A stretch of 37,234 nt of DNA from a virus (IMGVR_UViG_3300025102_000100:1-37234); one strand, 5' to 3'; shown: positions 8,885 to 19,280, counted from the stretch's first letter. Numbers and translations are program-made. Notes: generated by a model from the sequence alone, not told the origin.

Positions 8885-10575
8885 TATTGACTCATTCTAT
8901 CTAGTAGGTTTAAGCGGTTGAGATGCTCTACGTACAGTTTTAAGGTGCGTCGTTCTTCTGCTTTCATGTTGGGCGACAATCGTTCATCTAGTGTTATCAT
9001 CTGATTTAACTGGGTCACTTCGCCAGGTGACAACGTATTTTTCTGACCCATCATTTCCGTTGCTCTTTGCATTATCGACGGTGCAAGTGCCAAGTTTGGG
9101 AAATCATCAGCAAACGCTAAATTGCTGTAGTACCCTTGTGCAAGGTAATTAGCTATTGCTTTTGGATCACCGTCTTTAGCTACTAGCTCATCAAATGTTG
9201 TGAGAGCGTCCATTGCAGCCAATCGCAAAATGGCATTCTCTTCGCTGTCCATATTTGATCCACGGATACCTAAAACTTGTTTCAGGTTATTTTTAGCCGT
9301 TGTTATTTCAATACTACGTGGTGTATTGCCTTTACGTCCGTTAATACGTGTCTTTAGTGCGCTCATTGTGCCAGTATCAAGCATCTCTGATGCTGCATCA
9401 ATTTGCTCTCTTATCCCATCTAACTCTTTATCTGACCCGGCTAGATCTATCTTATTATTAAACTCTTGCACCAATACGGAGTTGGAGCTTTCTAGATCTC
9501 CTGTTTCTATTTTGTCTTTCAATACTTTGTAACGTTCGTACTTAAGGTTACCTTTACTGTATTGTGTTTCTATCTCTTCTAGTGTGGGTGGCGTGATTCC
9601 CTCTGCTCGATTGGCTTGCAGTTTGCTTTGATCTATACGCAACATAAAGTCATCAAACGTTTCTTCTTTTTTCTTAGTTGCCTTTGCATTCTCTAGAGCT
9701 ATCTGTGCTTTCTCTTGCGTAACCATATCCGTAGTCTGAGCATCGCGTAACGCTATAGCGTCCTTAATTAACTGATCACGTTCCTCACCAAAAAGATCTG
9801 GATAGTTCGATGAATCTTGTAGGTTATCAATAATTGCTTGTGCGTGTAGTGGATTGCCGGATACTCTAGCCGCCGTCATATCTTGGCTAATCTCCATGTT
9901 TTGTATATCGCCTTTGGCGTCGAGCTCTGCCGTTACCTTTTCTGTTTGTGTGAGTAGACCAGCATTTGCCATTTTTTCGTATATGCTAGGTACTCTTGGT
10001 AAGGTATCACCAGTAAAAAATTCCTTTTGACCAGCTTCACGGCCAAACAATGCAACCTTTGCCGCTTCTCTCTCTGTTGCGTTACCTGTTGCTATTGTCT
10101 TTTTTAGCCTATAGATTTCAATATCTTTTTCCGCTTTGGCATTATCAATACGTCTTGTCCTGGCAGTCTTCAGTACAGATAACCGTTTTGCAAGAATGCT
10201 ATTCTGTGCTTTCGCTATAAACTGTCGTTTGACTACTGGATCATTTATATTTAACGCAATGTTATTATAGAGATCTGTAGTACTTGCGTTCCAGTTAGAC
10301 AGCATTGAATTAGGGTTTTGATCTTCCAGAGCTTTCATAGTTACGCCTTGCATCTGAAAGTCGAATGCGTTCTCTGCTTGGCTTAACTCTGTAGACCGTT
10401 GCACACGCGTTTCTGCTTCTAGAAACTTTAGACTTGTGCCTTGTAACTGCGAGAATAAATCAGTTTGCGCTGCAAGACCCCTAGATATGTTGGTAGGACT
10501 TGCCGCAACGCTGAATGTTCCCGCACCTGTTTTCGGTGTCTGCTGTGATTGTGCTTGGTATGTAGGGACTTTCAT
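8884..10575 (-). CDS. Internal virion protein (563 aa; T7 gp15-like position)
   Basis: MKVPTY N-terminus and helical composition; synteny after the gp14-like gene; TAATG coupling. Confidence 0.65.
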   Translation of the reverse strand: MKVPTYQAQSQQTPKTGAGTFSVAASPTNISRGLAAQTDLFSQLQGTSLKFLEAETRVQRSTELSQAENAFDFQMQGVTMKALEDQNPNSMLSNWNASTTDLYNNIALNINDPVVKRQFIAKAQNSILAKRLSVLKTARTRRIDNAKAEKDIEIYRLKKTIATGNATEREAAKVALFGREAGQKEFFTGDTLPRVPSIYEKMANAGLLTQTEKVTAELDAKGDIQNMEISQDMTAARVSGNPLHAQAIIDNLQDSSNYPDLFGEERDQLIKDAIALRDAQTTDMVTQEKAQIALENAKATKKKEETFDDFMLRIDQSKLQANRAEGITPPTLEEIETQYSKGNLKYERYKVLKDKIETGDLESSNSVLVQEFNNKIDLAGSDKELDGIREQIDAASEMLDTGTMSALKTRINGRKGNTPRSIEITTAKNNLKQVLGIRGSNMDSEENAILRLAAMDALTTFDELVAKDGDPKAIANYLAQGYYSNLAFADDFPNLALAPSIMQRATEMMGQKNTLSPGEVTQLNQMITLDERLSPNMKAEERRTLKLYVEHLNRLNLLDRMSQ

Positions 10576-11075
10576 TAGTAACCTTTAAAGATTGAATACA
10601 TAGATGACCCACCAGACAACAAGGACTGCCCAGCTTTCATCATGCCCGCCGTTCGTGATTGATCGGCATAGATTCTATTGAGTTCTGCACTCATACGTTG
10701 TTGGACACCCTCTTCTTCGAGCTCTTGCTTTCCAACTTTTGCATTGAAATCACGTATTGCTATTTCGTCATCAGCTTCTGACGCATTCGCCAAGGCTACT
10801 AGTAACGGTGTGCCACCCTCTGCAACCCATCCATTATAGCGAAACCCTTGCGTTGTTGCCGCTTCCAGTCTTTCGAAATCCTCTTTGAACTTTTCTATTT
10901 TTAGTTTTTCAGTGTGATACAACTGCTCACTTGCAGCGTCGGCAGCTAGGGCATTACGTTCGTTGATTTGTGAGTTGTATTCAAACGCTGCAGCTTCTGC
11001 GTTACCCTGTGATACGGCACTCATTGCCGTTGCCGCAGTCGATGCTACACTTAAAGCTATCTTAATTGGGTCCAT
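10575..11075 (-). CDS. Internal virion protein (T7 gp14-like, 166 aa)
   Basis: Ala/Ser-rich hydrophobic N-terminus, GGTPLLV core, Gly-rich C-terminus; synteny. Confidence 0.7.
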   Translation of the reverse strand: MDPIKIALSVASTAATAMSAVSQGNAEAAAFEYNSQINERNALAADAASEQLYHTEKLKIEKFKEDFERLEAATTQGFRYNGWVAEGGTPLLVALANASEADDEIAIRDFNAKVGKQELEEEGVQQRMSAELNRIYADQSRTAGMMKAGQSLLSGGSSMYSIFKGY

Positions 11076-11517
11076 TTCTCACCATCGCGTATCTATAATA
11101 ATCACTTTTGTCTGGGCCAAACTTCCTCATAAGACCCTCGTTTTCGAAACCTAAGAACTCAACAAGACGAATTCCTTTGTGGAAATCACTTTGCACTGCC
11201 GCTTGTATACGTTCCCATTTCGGATAGTCATCTGATACTTTATTAAATATTTTCAATATCTTACGAGCCATCTTTAATGCACTGAAATTATTGTTTGTCA
11301 GTACGATAACCCATGCTTCTGCCAGGTGTGGGTATAGCTCTATAAAACCACCCATGCCTAAGATCGTATTATTGCTGTACGCAGTAAACGCTATTGAGCC
11401 ACCACCGTTCCTTGCCGTGAAATCTAAGAACGCATTTTGATCTTGCAACGTGCCGTAGCTTGCTCCTTGATATAATGCTTCGCCTAGATGATCTGGATGA
11501 AACGGTACTATATACAT
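11062..11517 (-). CDS. GNAT-fold protein (T7 gp13-like position)
   Basis: RIQAAV...GIRLVEFLGFENEGLMRKFG is a RimJ/L-type GNAT motif; lies after tail tubular B. Confidence 0.75.
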   Translation of the reverse strand: MYIVPFHPDHLGEALYQGASYGTLQDQNAFLDFTARNGGGSIAFTAYSNNTILGMGGFIELYPHLAEAWVIVLTNNNFSALKMARKILKIFNKVSDDYPKWERIQAAVQSDFHKGIRLVEFLGFENEGLMRKFGPDKSDYYRYAMVRNGPN

Positions 11518-13805
11518 TATTCATCAAACGTCGTTAATCGAGGATAGAGAGCTAGAACAGTCAACGGCAATGCCTGGGCTTGAGATACAACCACATGACC
11601 ATCTGTTTCATAACCACCATCAAACTCAACATCTTTATCCCCGGTAAACATACTGACCGGGTTATCCATAGAGCTTGCTGATGTTCTAAATGGTATGAGG
11701 TCTGTCTGCGATTCACTGCTACCCACACGCAACCCTAAACTTCTATACACACGAACTGTAACATCATTGACACGTTTTATCTTACCTTGCGATGTACCTT
11801 GTGCGCCTCCAGCGTCTATTCGCATCGTCTGTAATACACTATTATACGACAGTCCTATATGCGCTTTTGTTACAGCTCTGTCTAATGTTATAGACCCACT
11901 GTTAACGGTCTTGTCTGTGTGTGTTGCACCATTGCCTAATATCTTAACTGTCTGACCCTCTAAATGATTCAAGCCAGAGATAGTTGTCGCTGCACTGCCG
12001 CTATACGTTAAGCCACTATCTACAAAGAATGCGTCCTGTACATCTGTACCAAAGTCTATTGGTTTTAGTCGTTCGACATATCGCTTCGTGCCGCCATTGA
12101 TTGTTCGCGCAACAACAACATAGACTTCATCTTCTGTACGTGTTGATGACGGTATAGTTGCCAGACTCTCGACAAACCCATATCCATATGTTGTTCCGCT
12201 ATCTGTAAATGTGCCGCCCATTTCGTGATCATGCCACGCCACAACCTCTTCCTCACGTCGATAGGTCATACCGACTAGCTTGCCATTCTCCAGTACGCAC
12301 CACACGATATTGTCTGGTTCTTGCTGTAACGCTATTTCTTTGATCAATCCCTCTGTAATATTTTCAGATAGAATGGTTAGGTCAGGCGCAAAGTAACTGT
12401 CTGAACCAAAACTATATACAAGCTCTCTAAGCTTTCTTTTGGCACGTTGCACAAATAGCACAACATTAGCGACCCCTACTGGCTGAATGTTAGCTGATCC
12501 ATAGCTGGCTTGCCGTAAGATCTGTGTGTTTGTTGGTGAGATAGGTTCATCACTTGATGCCCTTACAACAAATTCACCGCCAGACGTACCAACGAGTAAA
12601 GCACGTGATGCCGTCAGATAGCGTATTACATTAACTTGGTTCGACCCAATGGTATAGATTAGAGCTGATGTATCAAGTGTACCCGCGTTGTAATCCTCAA
12701 AGTCACCACTTACTGAGAAAAAAATGGTCTGTGGCTGCGTTGCCGTGTTTGCCAAAACAAGCCGTTGCTCAAAGAAAGTAATACAAGCCGGATGTCCTGT
12801 CGTATCTGAAAACGCACCCAAAGACCAGTCAGTAGTCGCACCTAAATTACCAGTCATTGTTATGGATTGCCCAGCATTCTCATCAACAAGATCATTACTA
12901 GGCGCAAACAATATCGTATCGGATGTTACCTGAACAATAACCAGTCCTGTCTGATTATTGCCACTATTGCTTGCCCCACTGATTGTAACTGTCTGCCCTA
13001 CCTTAAATCCCTCTAGAACAAAGTTGGCATCACTGTCTGTTATTCTATCGTTGTGTTCTAATCCTGTTGAGCTCGGATCACCTTCATGGAACTTAATAGT
13101 CGTTGCTGTATAGGTTGGCATGAGTTCCGTGCGTAAATCTTCATTTTCTTGTACGGCAGCCGTTACTGTTGTGGCATTAGTGAATGCTGTAATTTTAGCA
13201 AAGCCATCATAAAATTTTATCAACCGCCCTACATCTGTTGATGCAAAGGTATTAGTTGATGCTGTGACTGTAGCTGATCCTGTCCGGGCACTAGCCGTAA
13301 ACGTTGTAGCCGTTGTGTTTTGGTCAAGCATTGGGCCACGACGAAAATCAACATCTGCTATGGTCCATGCCGTATGCCCTGTCCTCGATATTTTACGTAC
13401 TGCATGACTTGGGTGCGATATGTACATTACGTCGGCTGATTGGGTAAACTTCAACTCACTAAGCTGGGCTGACGTGTAGGTTGTTGTAACCTCGACTGCT
13501 GAGCCACCGCTAACTATTTGCCCACCGTTTCTATATATACGAAAGTATAGATTACCAAACTCTAGTATATACGCTTGCTCCACATTGAACTCAAAAGGTA
13601 TAAGCCGTGTAGCATTAGCACTGTTTTTGACCTCAGATATAAATTCACTGCCTGGGCGTCGTGTTGCACCACCATGAGCGTGGATGAGAAAGTTCTGTAG
13701 TTTCTTGCATCCGTTTGCGTACTTAGCTATATCGGTCCGACCATCTAAACGGTCTGATAACTGACCCGCAGTAAAATTTGTAAATGCTGGTGACGCCTTG
13801 ACCAT
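11517..13805 (-). CDS. Tail tubular protein B / nozzle (T7 gp12-like)
   Basis: NFTAGQLS..L.GRTD, HGGATRRPG, RLIPFEF, FFEQRL, AWH.H and YVERL motifs; 762 aa. Confidence 0.9.
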   Translation of the reverse strand: MVKASPAFTNFTAGQLSDRLDGRTDIAKYANGCKKLQNFLIHAHGGATRRPGSEFISEVKNSANATRLIPFEFNVEQAYILEFGNLYFRIYRNGGQIVSGGSAVEVTTTYTSAQLSELKFTQSADVMYISHPSHAVRKISRTGHTAWTIADVDFRRGPMLDQNTTATTFTASARTGSATVTASTNTFASTDVGRLIKFYDGFAKITAFTNATTVTAAVQENEDLRTELMPTYTATTIKFHEGDPSSTGLEHNDRITDSDANFVLEGFKVGQTVTISGASNSGNNQTGLVIVQVTSDTILFAPSNDLVDENAGQSITMTGNLGATTDWSLGAFSDTTGHPACITFFEQRLVLANTATQPQTIFFSVSGDFEDYNAGTLDTSALIYTIGSNQVNVIRYLTASRALLVGTSGGEFVVRASSDEPISPTNTQILRQASYGSANIQPVGVANVVLFVQRAKRKLRELVYSFGSDSYFAPDLTILSENITEGLIKEIALQQEPDNIVWCVLENGKLVGMTYRREEEVVAWHDHEMGGTFTDSGTTYGYGFVESLATIPSSTRTEDEVYVVVARTINGGTKRYVERLKPIDFGTDVQDAFFVDSGLTYSGSAATTISGLNHLEGQTVKILGNGATHTDKTVNSGSITLDRAVTKAHIGLSYNSVLQTMRIDAGGAQGTSQGKIKRVNDVTVRVYRSLGLRVGSSESQTDLIPFRTSASSMDNPVSMFTGDKDVEFDGGYETDGHVVVSQAQALPLTVLALYPRLTTFDE

Positions 13806-14395
13806 TAAATCCTCGCGTTAATAAACTCATTTGCTTCAAGCGTCATTCTATCCGTCGTTGTAGAATTATTGGCTGTTGCACCTTCTATCGCATCTAAGAA
13901 CCGTGCTTCGCTTACCATCTTTTCGTATTTCTGTTGCATTGCCTGTCCCAGAGACACAGAGTTGGTCAACGGATACGCAAAGTCTGCGGCAATAGCCATT
14001 GATATTGTTTCCATCAAAGCAACGTCATATGTGTTTACATCAAGAACACGCGCAACATAAATAAGATTTATAGTGCTTTCGTCAGTTAGTATCTTACGTC
14101 CCTCAACATTATAGACAATGCTGGACGCATCTAAGTTCATAGGTCTTAGACAAAAGGGATCTGTGGGAAGAGTAAATTGATTTGCAAACTCAAAGGTTGG
14201 AGCTGTTGCGTCTGGCGTTAGAACTACTCTGGTAAGCAAGCAATTCCAGTTATGAGAACGGAAAACCTTATCGCGTATAAAATCATAACGTTGGTTGCAT
14301 AATCGTGCCGCTTTACTGTCTTCTGTAAAGGAAGTGATGTTTGACGCACCAATCATATTGAGAGCTGAATTACATAGATCGACTGAAGAGGGCAT
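13805..14395 (-). CDS. Tail tubular protein A / adaptor (T7 gp11-like)
   Basis: VDLCNSALNMIGA..I, SHNWNC, F.LPTD..CLR; 196 aa; synteny. Confidence 0.85.
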   Translation of the reverse strand: MPSSVDLCNSALNMIGASNITSFTEDSKAARLCNQRYDFIRDKVFRSHNWNCLLTRVVLTPDATAPTFEFANQFTLPTDPFCLRPMNLDASSIVYNVEGRKILTDESTINLIYVARVLDVNTYDVALMETISMAIAADFAYPLTNSVSLGQAMQQKYEKMVSEARFLDAIEGATANNSTTTDRMTLEANEFINARI

Positions 14396-14409
14396 AACTA
14401 ATCCTTAGT

Positions 14410-14434
14410 AAAAAAAGGGGGGATTGCTCCCCCC
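14410..14434 (-). terminator. Rho-independent terminator after capsid/decoration genes
   Basis: Minus strand GGGGGGA-GCAA-TCCCCCC-TTTTTTT (GNRA loop, U tract); positionally analogous to T7 Tphi. Confidence 0.9.
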
Positions 14435-14441
14435 TCTCTGC

Positions 14442-14906
14442 TTATACTGTGACGTACAACATTGTCAGTGCAACTGTACCAGTGCCAGCAGCACCGCCCA
14501 TTGTCACTGTCACTGTCTTGCCATTACCATCGGAATCCACTTCCTCTCCATTGAGAAGAGCAAGAGTATTTGCCACATCAACAATCTGGGCAGATGTAGA
14601 CGCTGCAGCCGCTTTGTAAGCCGCCGCAGACGCACTAACAGCAGTACCAGCTGCGTTTGTGTGTGCTGCAAATCCAACGGATAAAGTCGTTGATGAACCC
14701 ATAGCATCGTGTCCAAGACTTCCTTGTAGAATTCTTGCACCGTCCGGCAAGGTAAACATATTGATTACATCGCCAGAAGCTAAAGATGATGCTTCATAGG
14801 TAGCCCGCGCAACTCTTACTTCGCCACCAATTTCGTTCGCTTTCACGTGCTCTCTTGGGGTGTTCTGAGTTAGTTGGGTTTCAACGTCTGAGTAAACTGT
14901 TGCCAT
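14442..14906 (-). CDS. Capsid decoration / cement protein (154 aa)
   Basis: Directly after the MCP and before the terminator; beta-rich jelly-roll-like composition (LPDGARILQG). Confidence 0.65.
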   Translation of the reverse strand: MATVYSDVETQLTQNTPREHVKANEIGGEVRVARATYEASSLASGDVINMFTLPDGARILQGSLGHDAMGSSTTLSVGFAAHTNAAGTAVSASAAAYKAAAASTSAQIVDVANTLALLNGEEVDSDGNGKTVTVTMGGAAGTGTVALTMLYVTV

Positions 14907-14919
14907 ATTTCAATCTCCC

Positions 14920-15783
14920 TTACGCTGACTCATCACAAGCGATGCTTACTACTTTTTCTTCTTCCATGCGTGTCGCACCAAAGGTTGCACAGTAGTACAC
15001 TTGTGTTGAGTATGATTTATCGGAACGCTCATCAATTCTAGCCATTACATCTTTACCAACAGCAAGCTTGATACCGTCTTCAGCCCATGCAAAGCACGTT
15101 CTGATATTGCCGGATTTGGCTAGTCTGTTTGTTAAGATAAATTTAAAGCCGAGAAAGGAATCCACGAGTCCAGTACTGAGAGCTTTTACGGTATTGAAAT
15201 CGCTGCTGGTTACTTGTGTTGTATTTAGCAACGCTTCAACTTGGTTTGGCCCAACAGCAATATAACGTGGGATGCTTGGATCAACATCGAGTAAGTCCAT
15301 AGCTTTCTTTGCTTGCAACAATTTTGCAATAGTCAGATCAGCTGAACCATGCGCGATTGTATTAGCAGAAAGCATTGACGTTGATGTTGCACCAGACTTT
15401 CCAGTTTTTGCTGTCCCAGTAGCTGCTTTGATGATTTCGTCATCCATTGCACGACCCATTGCATTTGCCGCAGTCCGTGCATAAACGTTAGTTGGATCAG
15501 CCAACATTGCGACTTTATCAGCGTCATCAATGAGGTCAGCCCATTCTATTGTTTCCATCACAACCTGACGTCTGCTATGGGGTGTTTCTACTAAGGGGGT
15601 GTCCCCATGTCTGCTAGTCCGTTTTACAGCGGCAACACTAGAAACCTGATCGAAAAACGCCTTCTCGCCTGTTACACTTTCTTCCGAAACTGTACTCCTT
15701 AGACGCGAACCGCTTTGCTGTGATAGCATGGTTATATTGTTGCTAAACTGTTGAACGAAAGCTGTAGTTACTTGTGTACTCAT
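14920..15783 (-). CDS. Major capsid protein
   Basis: MSTQVTTAFVQQF..LSQQSGSRLR, DTPL...HSRR, AMGRAMDDEII, FLGFKFI and GATRMEEEKVV; strong RBS GGAGG; follows scaffold. Confidence 0.9.
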   Translation of the reverse strand: MSTQVTTAFVQQFSNNITMLSQQSGSRLRSTVSEESVTGEKAFFDQVSSVAAVKRTSRHGDTPLVETPHSRRQVVMETIEWADLIDDADKVAMLADPTNVYARTAANAMGRAMDDEIIKAATGTAKTGKSGATSTSMLSANTIAHGSADLTIAKLLQAKKAMDLLDVDPSIPRYIAVGPNQVEALLNTTQVTSSDFNTVKALSTGLVDSFLGFKFILTNRLAKSGNIRTCFAWAEDGIKLAVGKDVMARIDERSDKSYSTQVYYCATFGATRMEEEKVVSIACDESA

Positions 15784-15824
15784 AAGTACCTCCGTTTATT
15801 TAGTTTAAAATTAAGGGTTTAGTA

Positions 15825-15939
15825 TCGCTACCTAACGTTGTGTTAGACGAAAAAAGTATTGGGTCTGCACCCCTTGGACCATTACTGGCTATCCAAATTT
15901 GTTTATTATACCTGTTCTAACCGGGCAGATGCTTGTCGG
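15825..15939 (-). promoter_or_regulatory. Structured 5' leader of the capsid gene (three hairpins with 4x1 internal loops)
   Basis: Hairpins at 15921-15939, 15874-15896 and 15825-15850 read on the minus strand; see findings. Confidence 0.5.
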
Positions 15940-16767
15940 TTATTCTTCAGGCGTAATAAATTCCTGTAAACGCAAGGCTTCGGCTACTGCCCAATCGTGC
16001 TCTGGATCTTTGTTGTTCCAAAATGGGCCACCTTGTCGCTTTATCTCGTTTATCTTTTGCTGGGCAACGGCTGGAGTCATAGCGTTTGTGGTCTTGACGC
16101 CCTCCAAACTATCCTCACCAATCTTGCCGCGTATAAAATCACCTACACCCACAAAAGCGCGAACGAACGCTGGATGATCACCAAGCATACGTCCGTCAGA
16201 TAATTGTAGTTGTGTAAGATCAGACGCTTCAAACTGCGTGATAGCTGCGTTACCAATCTTTACTTTGTCCTCAAAAGCTGCACCGTACTCTCGTTGCAGT
16301 GTTTCGATGCCTTCTGTTTTTACTTGCTCTAGTTTGCCTGTATCAACCTGACCCTGTGTTTGGGCGACCTTTTGGTATTCATTAAGCATCGCTTGTGCTT
16401 GACTGTTATTCAATCCAGCTTTCAATGATGTCTGTTTAAACCAATTTAAAAGTCCCTCGTCGGCTTGTTGTCCCTCTGGCATAGCAACATCTAATTTATA
16501 GCCCTCGACGTCTGGTGGCTTTCCTAGTCGCGTATACACCTCATTCCACTGCTCTTCTGTGGCACTACTGCCAGGTAGAGGTATTTTTTCTGCGCCAATC
16601 ATTGCTTGTTGATGGGCATGGGATTTTAACAACGAACCTAAGTCCTTGTGGTTATCAAAGACTTTGTTGCCTTTTACTTCTTCTGGGATTGCGCTTTTCC
16701 AATCGAAAGTGCTCTCAGACGGAGCTGCCGTTTCCGACTCCGCTACCTGTTGTACTTCTTCATTCAT
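15940..16767 (-). CDS. Capsid assembly scaffolding protein
   Basis: Acidic; DWKSAIPEE, VYTRLGKP...Y, AGLNNSQAQ, LGDHPAFVRAF and C-terminal FWNNKDPEH; lies between portal and MCP. Confidence 0.8.
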   Translation of the reverse strand: MNEEVQQVAESETAAPSESTFDWKSAIPEEVKGNKVFDNHKDLGSLLKSHAHQQAMIGAEKIPLPGSSATEEQWNEVYTRLGKPPDVEGYKLDVAMPEGQQADEGLLNWFKQTSLKAGLNNSQAQAMLNEYQKVAQTQGQVDTGKLEQVKTEGIETLQREYGAAFEDKVKIGNAAITQFEASDLTQLQLSDGRMLGDHPAFVRAFVGVGDFIRGKIGEDSLEGVKTTNAMTPAVAQQKINEIKRQGGPFWNNKDPEHDWAVAEALRLQEFITPEE

Positions 16768-16987
16768 CGCTTACTATGTCCTCTCTCTCTTTGTAATCAG
16801 CCAACATATTGTGAATAAACAGCACGACAGAGCGTTGGCCCTCTTTGTATGCTGCTTCGTTGGAGTCTGGAACATATGTCGGTGATTTCATATGAAACCG
16901 TAGTTCAAGATCTTCCATAACTACCAGTCCGTCTTTTGTGGCGAAAGCTGTTTTAAACGCTTCCCTAAGTTCCATTATTGACTTCAT
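16760..16987 (-). CDS. Small conserved head-module protein (Bbp19-like)
   Basis: F.T.DG..V..DL..RF and AYKEGQRSVVLFI motifs; lies between portal and scaffold. Confidence 0.65.
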   Translation of the reverse strand: MKSIMELREAFKTAFATKDGLVVMEDLELRFHMKSPTYVPDSNEAAYKEGQRSVVLFIHNMLADYKEREDIVSDE

Positions 16988-18585
16988 TTATTTATCGCCG
17001 CTACCATTGGAGCTGCATTACCAGCGGCTTGTGCCTGTTCTGCCATTTGCTGTGCTTCCATCATCTGTTGCTGTTGTGCCGCACGTTCTTGGCGTTTGTT
17101 TTGTATCTGTTGTTCACTCGATACTGCCGTTGCTGGAATACCTAAGATCTTTATAAGATGCTGAGTAACACCATCAAAATCTATATAATCAAAGACTGTT
17201 GGTTCTATTTGGCCTACTGGACCTAGCAACTCAAGCAGTTGTGTCATACTTGTAACGTCTACCTGGCGTTGTGCTTTTGCCAACGGTGATACGTACTCAA
17301 TATCGAGATCCATATTCCGCATAAACTCTGGCGCAACCGGGAACTTATTAGAACGCGATAGTATGTTATACGTTCGTATTATAAGAGGTTGCAGCATCTC
17401 AGCTTGGAGTCTGCCCAATACTGGACCTAACAGACGCATCTTTTCCTCTGTTCTTTGTACCACCTCCGTTGCCGTCATTTGTGGCCCTTGGCTCAAGATT
17501 AGCTGGTCAACATAAAAAGCAGAGCGTATAGCCTGTCTTCTTTGGTCTTCCATACTTAGACCAAGAGGATTGTTTGCACCAATATTCAATGGCTCAATAC
17601 GATCTCTTGTACCTGATCTATAGAAGTTCAAGCCACTTGGCACAGTTTTGATAGGCAGTAAGAACCCATCGTCCGGCACAAGTAACGGCGGATCAACTTG
17701 CTTCTGCGCTGCCCTAATTGTTACTTCGCACATCTTGTTCAACATCTTAATATCTGGGAGGGATGTATATGATGGAGAACGCCCATAACCCACTTCGTAG
17801 GAGGATTTAAGCCAGCGTGGGCAGCAATATGGTAGCTCGTCAAAGCCACTTTCGGACAGCACAACTTTCTCTTCTGGGTCAAAATAGACGGATGCAAACG
17901 CTTTATTCTCACTTGTAGCAAGCGTTGGGTCTAAATCTTCCCTTGGATATACGGCATGAACCAGCTCACGGAGTTCCATTGGGTTCTCCATTATCTGATC
18001 TTGTAGCTTTTTACTCAGTCTTTCGAGCCCAAAACGCTTTCGTATAGCACTTCCCGGCATCTTAAACTGACGATATACGGTATCAACACGCCCTTTATCG
18101 TTCTCTGTTAGGTAGCATTCCCCTATATGACGTGTAGAAAAGTTAATATCCTTCTCGTCATCGGACTCTATAAACATTACAGCAGTGCCAAATGTAATTA
18201 AATCATGGTACAACTCATGCACTTGCTCTTGAAAATTGGAGCGAGAGAACGCTTTATACATAATTTCTTCTACAGATTGCAGCCATTCTCTAGCTGTATC
18301 GTCTGAATTTAGCTCATCTTGTCGATATTGTAGTGAAAACCACTGTGAGGACATAGACGTTAGCATACCGTGCAGACTTGCTGATAGCAGTTCTGCGGCA
18401 TGAATAGCCGTTCCATCAAATATTAAACTTGTACGTTTGTCCCCCGGTGTCCTTTTACGTGTTATATCGGCTTTACGTGGCACTACATAGTCGGCTATCT
18501 CTTGCCAGTGCTGTTCCCATGTCGTGCGTTGGCTTTCTAATGAAGACAGCTTATCGGCTAAAACCTCTGCTAGTTCGTCTGCCAT
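16984..18585 (-). CDS. Portal / head-to-tail connector (T7 gp8-like)
   Basis: WQEIADYVVP, DLITFGTA, YGRSP, MTATEV.QR.EEK...LGPVLGRLQ.E and EYVSPLAKAQ. Confidence 0.95.
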   Translation of the reverse strand: MADELAEVLADKLSSLESQRTTWEQHWQEIADYVVPRKADITRKRTPGDKRTSLIFDGTAIHAAELLSASLHGMLTSMSSQWFSLQYRQDELNSDDTAREWLQSVEEIMYKAFSRSNFQEQVHELYHDLITFGTAVMFIESDDEKDINFSTRHIGECYLTENDKGRVDTVYRQFKMPGSAIRKRFGLERLSKKLQDQIMENPMELRELVHAVYPREDLDPTLATSENKAFASVYFDPEEKVVLSESGFDELPYCCPRWLKSSYEVGYGRSPSYTSLPDIKMLNKMCEVTIRAAQKQVDPPLLVPDDGFLLPIKTVPSGLNFYRSGTRDRIEPLNIGANNPLGLSMEDQRRQAIRSAFYVDQLILSQGPQMTATEVVQRTEEKMRLLGPVLGRLQAEMLQPLIIRTYNILSRSNKFPVAPEFMRNMDLDIEYVSPLAKAQRQVDVTSMTQLLELLGPVGQIEPTVFDYIDFDGVTQHLIKILGIPATAVSSEQQIQNKRQERAAQQQQMMEAQQMAEQAQAAGNAAPMVAAINK

Positions 18586-18870
18586 CTATCCTCCTAATGT
18601 TGTTTTGTTACCGCTACCCATCGATCCTGTTAGTAGTGGTCTGCGTACTGGTGTTGCACCAAGAGCACCCGCTGGCCCTGTTAAAACTGTTCTTGATTTT
18701 CCTTTGCCTGTACCAGAGTAGCCACCCTGACTTTGTGATCCTACTGCTGACTTTGGTGTTACCGGCTCTGGCTTTACTGGCTCTACTTTTGGAGCTGGTG
18801 GCGGAGCTGGAGGTGGGGCTGGTTGCATTGGTGTCGGTTGCGGTTGTGTTTGTGGTGCGCCTTTACCCAT
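18586..18870 (-). CDS. Small Pro-rich virion protein
   Basis: 94 aa; Pro-rich N-half, TVLTGPAG and terminal KTTLGG; immediately upstream of portal (T7 gp7.3-like position). Confidence 0.6.
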   Translation of the reverse strand: MGKGAPQTQPQPTPMQPAPPPAPPPAPKVEPVKPEPVTPKSAVGSQSQGGYSGTGKGKSRTVLTGPAGALGATPVRRPLLTGSMGSGNKTTLGG

Positions 18871-19280
18871 TATATTACCCTTATATCTTCTTTTAATAGT
18901 CCATAGACCACAGCATCTTCGTTACCGAAATAGCGTCTTAGTCTACCTTCTTGCTTAAATCCAATACCTGTTATCAGTCTGCGGCTCTGTATATTACTCT
19001 CGTTGCACATTGCTGATACACGCTGGACTTCCATAATCTTAAAACAATAGTCGTACATCATGCGTATATACTTTCTCTGAAATATACGCTTGTCCTCGGC
19101 TACACAAAACATATGCACGTCGTTTCCTGTGTATTCCGAAAATACAAATGACCCTACAATCGTGCCGTCCTTACGAAACCCATAGGCTTGTGCATCGTCT
19201 TCGCCCTGTATCTTATCAAGCCGTAATCGTTCCTTTAGCCACGCAACAAAAGGTTGTGGGTTGTTAGTTACCAGATCCAC
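18870..19280 (-). CDS. GNAT-fold acetyltransferase-like protein
   Basis: RVSAMCNESNIQSRRLITGIGFKQEGRLRRYF is a RimJ/L GNAT signature. Confidence 0.75.
   Translation of the reverse strand: MDLVTNNPQPFVAWLKERLRLDKIQGEDDAQAYGFRKDGTIVGSFVFSEYTGNDVHMFCVAEDKRIFQRKYIRMMYDYCFKIMEVQRVSAMCNESNIQSRRLITGIGFKQEGRLRRYFGNEDAVVYGLLKEDIRVI

Noticed and set aside
14895-14925. T7 gp10A/10B-like capsid frameshift into the downstream gene
   Set aside because: No clear slippery heptamer near the MCP stop, and the downstream gene has its own GGAG RBS.
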